From: Bdellovibrionales bacterium RIFOXYD12_FULL_39_22
GTDB lineage: Bacteria > Bdellovibrionota > Bacteriovoracia > Bacteriovoracales > Bacteriovoracaceae
Length of the DNA stretch: 33,229 nucleotides
Direction: 5' to 3'
Assembly: GCA_001770205.1 (NCBI GenBank)
Contig: MEQL01000061.1
Span: 186,001 to 219,229 of the forward strand
A program made the translations under genes and the position numbers. Below the pieces are notes generated by a model, which worked only from the letters and a program-made list of their open reading frames with translations, ran no database searches and was not told the DNA's origin. Shown here one piece after another: positions 26,609-33,229 of the stretch (position 1 is the stretch's first letter; each line of letters starts with the position of its first letter).

Positions 26609-28310
26609 AATAGAAAACGATAAAAAAGAGGTGGGGCCGGTGTCTCTGCCCAAAACCTTATGCCTACTTCAAATCACCCGCACAGGGGATGTCATTCAAA
26701 CCCTGCAGGTGGCAAAAGAGCTTCGACAAGGCCATAAAGATGTGCGACTGATTTTGGTGGCCAGGAAGCAGTTTGCTTTTGCTTTAGATTTTATTTTAAA
26801 AGAGTATTTTGACAAAATTGTTTACTTAGATTTCAAATCTTTTTTGATAGAGGATGATTTTGCTATTGCCAATGAACATTTGACAACTTTTTTAGAGGAG
26901 TTATCCACTGAGAATATTTCGGTGGTTGTAAATTTGTCCTTTTCTAAATCTTCTTCTCTTCTTTCTTCCTTGATCCCGGCCACTCACAAGTTAGGGCCCT
27001 TCCACGGAGTGGATGGTAACCTGCGAATTGCTGATCGTTGGTCCAAATATATTTATTCTACAGTCATGAGTGGGCCACTAAATCCGTTTTCGCTAGTGGA
27101 TATCTATAAAAAAATTATGGGCGTGGAATATCCCAGTATGTATGAGACATCGAATCGAACTGGGCGGCGGGTTAGAAATATTGTAATACATCCTTTTGCT
27201 TCTGCTGCCAAAAAATTTTGGAAACCAACAAAATGGTCAGAGGTAATTTTAAAATTATTAAAAGATAATTCTGCCGTTAATCTTTCGATTGTGGGCAGTG
27301 CGGAAGAGATGGAGTTTGCGGATAAGATTTTGGAAAATCCATTGCTGCGACCTTTTTCTGCTCGAATTAATAATTTAGTTGGGCAAACATCTTTGCAGCA
27401 ACTTTTTTTAATGATGGAAAAAGGTACAGATCTCTTTATTGGCCATGACTCTATGGTTGGACATATTGCTGCTTTTTATGGAGTTCAAACGGTTTCCGTG
27501 GCACTCGGGACAGTACGGCCAATAGAAACTGTTCCATATGGAAAAGAAAACTATAGTATTGCCCCTCGGACCAAATGTTTTCCATGTTTTCCCAGCGATG
27601 CTTGCTCGTATTTTCAATGTCACGCGGAAATTCCTTTTCAGGCCTTAGTAAGTGTTGTTTCGCAAATCATAAAAACAGGCTTGGTATCGAGAGAAGAATT
27701 AGAAAAAGATGTCTCGGCCTTTCATTTGAATGCGGTAGATGTAAGACAAACCCGATTTTCAGAACAGGGACTTTTAGATTTTCAGGCCATAACATCAGAG
27801 CAATTATCGCTGGCGGATATTTTAAGAAAGCTTTATAGGATTCTTTGGCTTTATGCTTTTGAAGAGTGTGAAGAGCGCCAATCATTCCCAATGTTAACCT
27901 CTGGCGCACATGCCGAAATTTTACATTATTTCGATGGATTAAAACACCTATATGAACTCAATGAGTTTGGCAAAAAGTATTCGCGCTTTATTTTAGAAGA
28001 GATAGGTTCTAAGACGCCAAGCATTAGTAAAATGCGAGATTTCTCAGGCAAAATTGATGAAATTGATAAATTGCAAAACATTATAAAAGATCACTATCCT
28101 GGATTATCGCCCTTTATAAATTACTTTAACTTGGTCAAAGGTAATTTGGAGGGAAATAATATCGTGGAAATCGCAGAAAATTCTTTTTTAGCATATCACG
28201 CCCATACTTCATTGGTTAGTGGACTTTACGAACTAATGGAAAAAATTGTGGCAGAGTATAAACATTTAAGCGCAAAAAACAGCAGTGCTACCCCACGGGC
28301 CGGAGCATAG
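26592..28310 (+). CDS. Glycosyltransferase family 9 with Cys cluster and C-terminal helical extension
   Basis: LLQITRTGDVIQT, IVIHPFASAAKKFW, NLVGQTSL, FIGHDSMVGHIAA and CFPCFPSDACSYFQC. Confidence 0.9.
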   Translation: MQAQTKIENDKKEVGPVSLPKTLCLLQITRTGDVIQTLQVAKELRQGHKDVRLILVARKQFAFALDFILKEYFDKIVYLDFKSFLIEDDFAIANEHLTTFLEELSTENISVVVNLSFSKSSSLLSSLIPATHKLGPFHGVDGNLRIADRWSKYIYSTVMSGPLNPFSLVDIYKKIMGVEYPSMYETSNRTGRRVRNIVIHPFASAAKKFWKPTKWSEVILKLLKDNSAVNLSIVGSAEEMEFADKILENPLLRPFSARINNLVGQTSLQQLFLMMEKGTDLFIGHDSMVGHIAAFYGVQTVSVALGTVRPIETVPYGKENYSIAPRTKCFPCFPSDACSYFQCHAEIPFQALVSVVSQIIKTGLVSREELEKDVSAFHLNAVDVRQTRFSEQGLLDFQAITSEQLSLADILRKLYRILWLYAFEECEERQSFPMLTSGAHAEILHYFDGLKHLYELNEFGKKYSRFILEEIGSKTPSISKMRDFSGKIDEIDKLQNIIKDHYPGLSPFINYFNLVKGNLEGNNIVEIAENSFLAYHAHTSLVSGLYELMEKIVAEYKHLSAKNSSATPRAGA

Positions 28311-28319
28311 GAGAGGAAA

Positions 28320-28748
28320 ATGGAAAATTTAGATAATATTTCGCAAGAAGATTATGTAACACTTACAATTGAGGCCCTGGATGCCTGTCCTGATTATATC
28401 GATAAAATGATTTTTAATATTAAAAAAATAAATAGCAGTTATGATGAAAATAAGTATCAAGATGCAAATAAATTTTTCGAGCAACTGACTATCATGCTAG
28501 AAGAGTTTGTGCAGCTCATCTCTCATATTAAAATATCAATACAATCAAATTCTGACCAGGTTGTGGCAAAGAATCAAGATGTGGTTAATGTTGAAAATCA
28601 TTTTCTAGGAATTATTAAGGCACTTATTCCGGCCAAAGAAAAAAATGATATAATTATGCTTTGCGACTTGCTAGTCTATGAACTGGTGGATAATCTTACA
28701 TTGTGGAAAGAGATAACCATCCCCCATTTAAGACAGATGCTGAAGTAG
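28320..28748 (+). CDS. Four-helix-bundle-like hypothetical protein of the kind seen in flagellar glycosylation loci
   Basis: All-alpha; C-terminal DIIMLCDLLVYELVDNLTLW; GAGAGG RBS. Confidence 0.75.
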   Translation: MENLDNISQEDYVTLTIEALDACPDYIDKMIFNIKKINSSYDENKYQDANKFFEQLTIMLEEFVQLISHIKISIQSNSDQVVAKNQDVVNVENHFLGIIKALIPAKEKNDIIMLCDLLVYELVDNLTLWKEITIPHLRQMLK

Positions 28749-30151
28749 ACAAGATCGCGTTCACCGAAATTGATGATTTTTTTAAAGAAGAAATAGCGAA
28801 TGTTTCTAGTGTTGTTGATAAAATCCAAAAAGTGGTTAGAAAAAAACAAGAAGCAATTGCAAAGAGAGATGCTCGATATCAGAAAATAACACATACTAAA
28901 ACACAGCTAATAGCAGAATTATCTGATTTTATAAAAAAAGAAACGATAGGTAATTTTCCACAGCTTATTTTGCGGAAAAAGGAGTTTCGTTCTTATAGCA
29001 TCGCGCAAATAATTATACACGAACGGGGACAGCAAGAGGTGGTTAGTTACCATTCGGCACCAGGCCAACAATCCACCAAACTTCATTTTTCCGTAGCAAG
29101 TTTTAATAATATTTTTAATGTTGTAAAAAAAAGTAAAAATAAACTATTCAATCAATCACAAGTTTTTCCAGAAAACACTGCCATTTTGGGTAGCTTTTTG
29201 GCAAAAGAGTTTGAACTTTCTGGCCATCGAATAATTTTTATCATGTCGCGAAATGATTTTATTCCCACAGACTATGAAGAACAAAAATATTTCACGGATT
29301 TCTCAGCAACACTCAGACATTTCTTTAATATCCTACTTTTACAAGAAAGGAAAATTGCCCGAGGAAGAAGGATGGTTCGTAGTAGTAAGTGGGTAACCTC
29401 TATTTTGGAGAAGCAGCAGCAGGAAAATACTACTCCAGATATTTTACATTTCCAAAGAATTACTCTTTTGGGTGATCTTTTGAATACACTAAAGCACGAG
29501 TTGTCAAATCCCCTGTTCGGCCTAAAACTTATGGCCGATGTCATGCAGGAAGAAGCCGAAGATGTCGAGGCATGTGATGCCTTAAAAGATATTGTCGGCG
29601 CTTGTGATCGTTGTCACGATATTATTAAAAACTTTTCCATAATTTATAAAGATTCTAACGAAACAGAAGAAGTAGATCTAGAAAAACTCATAAAGGAAGT
29701 AATGACCCTTACAAAAAGCGAAACTCGAGGTATTGCCAAAAAATTTATAATTCAGAATGAAATTAAAGTTGCGTTGGTGCGAACTAATATAACCTGGATA
29801 ACTCAAATTCTTTTTAATATGATTTTAAATAGTGCACAGGCAATAAAAAATCATACCAATGACCTTATCAATCATTTGATCTCTGTAGAGGTGGCCATTC
29901 CGACAAATTCGAAGGATCTGCAAATTTCTGTTTCAGATACAGGCCCAGGAATTGATCAGGAAATAATTGATCGTGTTTTTGAACCTTTTTTTACAACCAA
30001 GCCAACTGGAAGCGGCCTAGGATTAACTATTTGTAAAAGTTTGGCCGCGAAATTAAATTCAAAAATTGTTTGTCGAAATAATTATCCTGCGCGCGGAGCT
30101 ACCTTCAGCATAAAATTACGCCCAGAACGCTATAAAATTGTAGAGAATTGA
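28703..30151 (+). CDS. Cytoplasmic sensor histidine kinase
   Basis: H-box KHELSNPL, N-box NMILNSAQA, G1 DTGPGI, F-box FEPFFTTK and G2 GSGLGL. No TM segments; start uncertain. Confidence 0.93.
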   Translation: MERDNHPPFKTDAEVDKIAFTEIDDFFKEEIANVSSVVDKIQKVVRKKQEAIAKRDARYQKITHTKTQLIAELSDFIKKETIGNFPQLILRKKEFRSYSIAQIIIHERGQQEVVSYHSAPGQQSTKLHFSVASFNNIFNVVKKSKNKLFNQSQVFPENTAILGSFLAKEFELSGHRIIFIMSRNDFIPTDYEEQKYFTDFSATLRHFFNILLLQERKIARGRRMVRSSKWVTSILEKQQQENTTPDILHFQRITLLGDLLNTLKHELSNPLFGLKLMADVMQEEAEDVEACDALKDIVGACDRCHDIIKNFSIIYKDSNETEEVDLEKLIKEVMTLTKSETRGIAKKFIIQNEIKVALVRTNITWITQILFNMILNSAQAIKNHTNDLINHLISVEVAIPTNSKDLQISVSDTGPGIDQEIIDRVFEPFFTTKPTGSGLGLTICKSLAAKLNSKIVCRNNYPARGATFSIKLRPERYKIVEN

Positions 30152-30516
30152 TGAAAATTTTATTAATAGAAGATGAAATTCTTATTCAAAAGTCACTTAA
30201 AAAGATACTGGAACGTGCTGGAGCAACCGTGTCTGTGTCAAGTTCTGGAAAAGAAGCTATTTTATTAATAAATCAAGGAAGCTTTGACCGCATTATTTGC
30301 GACATAATGCTGCAGGACATAACGGGGTTTGACGTCATTGAAGAATCAAAGCGAAAATATGAGACAGAAGAGATAAAAAAAATATTCATTCTTATGACCG
30401 CCTATACTTCTCCTCAGGTTATAGATGCTGCCTCAAAATATGGTTGCAAAATAGTCAGTAAACCATTTGACGATTTGGAGAAAATTATGAATATTTTCAT
30501 GAGTACAAATGATTAG
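30151..30516 (+). CDS. Single-domain response regulator (CheY-like receiver)
   Basis: ILLIEDE, ICDIML (phospho-Asp), MTAY and SKPF. Confidence 0.93.
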   Translation: MKILLIEDEILIQKSLKKILERAGATVSVSSSGKEAILLINQGSFDRIICDIMLQDITGFDVIEESKRKYETEEIKKIFILMTAYTSPQVIDAASKYGCKIVSKPFDDLEKIMNIFMSTND

Positions 30517-30542
30517 CATAACAATAAAAAAGGGCCCAAACG

Positions 30543-31433
30543 GTGAAAAATAATCGGCCAATTAGAAAAGTAGTTATAATTCTAAAACCAGGAATAGTTG
30601 CACCCCTAAGAAAAGTTCTTCCTCCAATAATAGATTTATTGAAGGAGCAGCAAGTATTTTTCAAGATGCAAGAATCTCATCGTCTAAAGAAAATATTGGC
30701 TGCCAAACAGTATGCCAAAATTAGTTTCATTGAAAATAATAAAATTTGTCCAGGCTGTGATCTTCTTATCTCTTTGGGGGGAGATGGAACTCTTATTGGT
30801 GCTTGCCGAGAGATTGGAGAAAATAAAATTCCAATTTTTGGAGTTAACGTAGGACATCTTGGCTTTATAACAGAATTTTCTGTTTCTAATTTTATCTCGA
30901 CATTAAAAATCGCACTTTCTGGTAAATATCAGACATATAGAATTCCTCTTTTTTCCGTTAAAATTTGTAAAGAGACGGAGGTTTTGTCGGAACATTTCTT
31001 TTTAAATGATGCGGTGATTAATAAAACGGATATTTCCCGCATGTTTTTACTAAATGTTGATGTCGATGATGAAACAATTTCTCGGTTGGTTGGAGACGGG
31101 ATAATTGTCAGTTCTCCAATAGGGTCTACCGCTTATTCGTTATCGGCGGGAGGGCCAATTATTCATCCGGCAGTATGCTCATTTGTTCTTACGCCAATTT
31201 GTCCTCATTCTCTGCTTAGTCGTCCGACGGTGATTCCCGATAGTGTAAAAATTAGCTTTACGATAAATGAAAGAGACTATCCGGTTACCGTTACGGTGGA
31301 TGGCCAACAGGTTGTTGCTTTACATAAAGATCAAAAAATAACTATTTCTAAATCTGATAAGTATGTTCTATTTATAAAAAACTCGGCAAAAACATATTTT
31401 AGTACGTTGCGAGAAAAGTTTACTTACGGCTAG
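30543..31433 (+). CDS. nadK: NAD(+) kinase
   Basis: LGGDGTL, GVNVGHLGF, LNDAVI and GSTAYSLSAGGP. Confidence 0.96.
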   Translation: MKNNRPIRKVVIILKPGIVAPLRKVLPPIIDLLKEQQVFFKMQESHRLKKILAAKQYAKISFIENNKICPGCDLLISLGGDGTLIGACREIGENKIPIFGVNVGHLGFITEFSVSNFISTLKIALSGKYQTYRIPLFSVKICKETEVLSEHFFLNDAVINKTDISRMFLLNVDVDDETISRLVGDGIIVSSPIGSTAYSLSAGGPIIHPAVCSFVLTPICPHSLLSRPTVIPDSVKISFTINERDYPVTVTVDGQQVVALHKDQKITISKSDKYVLFIKNSAKTYFSTLREKFTYG

Positions 31434-31451
31434 GTGAAGCAAGGAGATTTT

Positions 31452-33092
31452 ATGACTAAAGTGCCAGAGCTTTTTTTAAGGTCTATGCGCTTGCAGAATT
31501 TTGCAACTTTTGAAAATCAAGAGATAATTTTTTCTAATAGCTTCAATGCTATTGTTGGAGAGACTGGTTCTGGGAAAAGTTTAATCCTGGATGCCCTGCA
31601 ACTAATTTTGGGAGGAAGGGCCGATAAAAAAAGTATTCGCAACAGTGCGGAGTTTGCTTCAGTGGAAGCAACTTTTGGCCGCACGGGACAAGATAAAGAG
31701 ATAAAGGCCTTTTTTAATGAGATTGGACACCCATACGAAGAAGAAATTATAGTTAAAAGAATTATTTATCGGGATAACAATTCTTCTAAGGCCTTTTTAA
31801 ATCACTCCTCCTGTGCGTTGTCGACTCTACAACAATTTTCACGCCGTTTCATAGATTTGGTGGGGCAGTTTGAAAATCAAAAACTACTTTCAGACGAATA
31901 TCAGCTGCAACTTTTAGATTTGTTTGCGCGCACAGGAACGCAGCTTACGGCCTATCGACAGTTATTTTCTAGGATGCAGAATCTCTCTTCGCAAATTGAA
32001 GAATTGAGAGAGGCCAACAAGAACAAGGAAGAGCTTCGGGATTATTTAAAATTTCAATTAACCGAAATTAACAACGTGAATCCTTCAAGTGAAGACGAGA
32101 AAGAATTGATTAAACTGAAGGCACAAATTCAAGAAGCGGAAAAGCGTGGAGAGGTTACTGCCGCAATTTTGGACTCATTGTCCAATGGTGAAAATGCTAT
32201 TATTGTGCAATTAGGGCAAATAATAAATTTAGTAAAAAAACATCCGGCCTTTTTTGAAGATAATTGGATGGCCAAAGTTTATGAAGCAAATACAACGCTA
32301 GAAGATATTTCATATCAACTTTCAGCTCAAGATAGTGATTTTGAATCAGAAAACATTTCATTAGAAGAGATAATGGATAGATTAGATAAATATCAAAAAT
32401 TAAAGCGTAAGTACGGTGTAGAAATTGAGGCCGTTTTGGCCAAGCGAGATGCACTCGCACTTCAGCTTAATGAGATTGATGAGTTTGATATTAAAATAAC
32501 AAAACTATCTGCAGAATTGGAAAGTGTTACCTCAGCCGCTAGCAAAATGGCCCAAGAACTTCATCAGTTGCGGATGGTACATGCAAAGAAATTATCCAGC
32601 GAGTTGACTAAAAACTTAGGGGAATTGCGCATGGCCGGGGCGAGTGTTAATTTACAAGTGGAACTTTTGCCAAAATTAAATATCAACGGTTCCTCTGTGA
32701 TAAATTTTTTAGCTGAAACCAATCCAGGAGAAGGATTTTATAAGATTAAGGATATTGCATCAGGTGGAGAGTTATCCAGAATTTTACTTTCTCTTCGACA
32801 AATCCTTTCGGCGGTTGATTCAATTTCAGTATTCCTATTTGATGAAATTGATACCGGTATTGGTGGTGAGACGGCCCTTTGTATTGGTAGATCGCTACAA
32901 AAAGTATCTTCATCTTCACAAGTAATTGCGATTACTCACCTTCCGCAGATTGCCTTTTATGCAGAAAAGATTATTCAGGTAGAGAAACGACAACTAATGC
33001 ATAGTGGTGGTAGTCGAACAATTTCACAGGTCAAAGAGTTTGTTGGACAAGAGCGCGAAGTAGCAATTAAAGCGATGAATCCGCTACAGTGA
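31452..33092 (+). CDS. recN: DNA repair protein RecN
   Basis: GETGSGKS, a long coiled coil, ASGGELSR, FDEIDTGIGG and ITHLPQIA. AAGGAG RBS before ATG 31452; conserved nadK-recN order. Confidence 0.97.
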   Translation: MTKVPELFLRSMRLQNFATFENQEIIFSNSFNAIVGETGSGKSLILDALQLILGGRADKKSIRNSAEFASVEATFGRTGQDKEIKAFFNEIGHPYEEEIIVKRIIYRDNNSSKAFLNHSSCALSTLQQFSRRFIDLVGQFENQKLLSDEYQLQLLDLFARTGTQLTAYRQLFSRMQNLSSQIEELREANKNKEELRDYLKFQLTEINNVNPSSEDEKELIKLKAQIQEAEKRGEVTAAILDSLSNGENAIIVQLGQIINLVKKHPAFFEDNWMAKVYEANTTLEDISYQLSAQDSDFESENISLEEIMDRLDKYQKLKRKYGVEIEAVLAKRDALALQLNEIDEFDIKITKLSAELESVTSAASKMAQELHQLRMVHAKKLSSELTKNLGELRMAGASVNLQVELLPKLNINGSSVINFLAETNPGEGFYKIKDIASGGELSRILLSLRQILSAVDSISVFLFDEIDTGIGGETALCIGRSLQKVSSSSQVIAITHLPQIAFYAEKIIQVEKRQLMHSGGSRTISQVKEFVGQEREVAIKAMNPLQ

Positions 33093-33110
33093 TTTAAGAG
33101 GTAAAATAAT

Positions 33111-33229
33111 ATGTCAGAAGATGGATTAAAAAAACATTTCATCCCACTTTTAGAGAATCAAAAAGTGGAGGCATTAGAGTTTATTGCCAAGCGAAGAATT
33201 AATATTTTTGTTTGGGAAAAAGGACATGC
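33111..33229 (+). CDS. Hypothetical protein, 3'-truncated by the window edge
   Basis: GAGG RBS, then MSEDGLKKHFIPLLENQKVEALEFIAKRRINIFVWEKGH, open to the end of the window. Confidence 0.7.
   Translation, partial: MSEDGLKKHFIPLLENQKVEALEFIAKRRINIFVWEKGH

Noticed and set aside
133..32460. Numerous short ORFs in the track that are antisense or off-frame to long genes (e.g. 133..330, 2127..2447, 8345..8629, 11359..11766, 14546..14848, 25495..25824, 32200..32460)
   Set aside because: They overlap well-supported genes, lack recognisable motifs and look like shadow ORFs.
1..33229. CRISPR arrays, tRNA or rRNA genes, IS elements, integrases, prophage genes and strong Rho-independent terminators
   Set aside because: Intergenic gaps are short and show no repeat-spacer pattern, cloverleaf, transposase or integrase motif, or convincing GC-rich hairpin with U-tract.

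Overview
AT-rich bacterial chromosomal window with dense coding. The gene content (TIGR04552/TIGR04562-like protein, Cys-rich secreted proteins, Deltaproteobacteria-style Lon, fliD-fliS locus) suggests a Bdellovibrionota, probably Bacteriovoracia-like, predator; this taxonomy is inferred, not proven. In order: 3' end of a Cys-rich secreted protein, a membrane-anchored protein plus matrixin-type zinc protease, an AMIN-like protein, lon, small hypotheticals (FlgT_C-like and a stand-alone HisKA-like protein), rpoZ, an orphan OppA-type lipoprotein, recX-recA-pgpA, a RelA/SpoT-synthetase-like protein, a secreted protein with ADP-ribosyltransferase-like R-S-E motifs, a minus-strand run of sigma54 activator-rlmE-PBP-lepB, nth, a CysQ/IMPase-family gene and a polytopic membrane protein. 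A long plus-strand run follows: fliD-fliS-FliT-like-Maf N-domain-GT9-small ORF-GT9-helical protein-HK-RR-nadK-recN. No tRNA, rRNA, CRISPR array or mobile element was recognised. Best leads: a candidate secreted ADP-ribosyltransferase effector; a flagellar glycosylation module in which a Maf N-terminal domain stands alone beside two extended GT9 enzymes; an alarmone-synthetase-like protein; a stand-alone DHp protein; and apparent GGCC over-representation. All family calls come from motif recognition by eye, with no database searches run.
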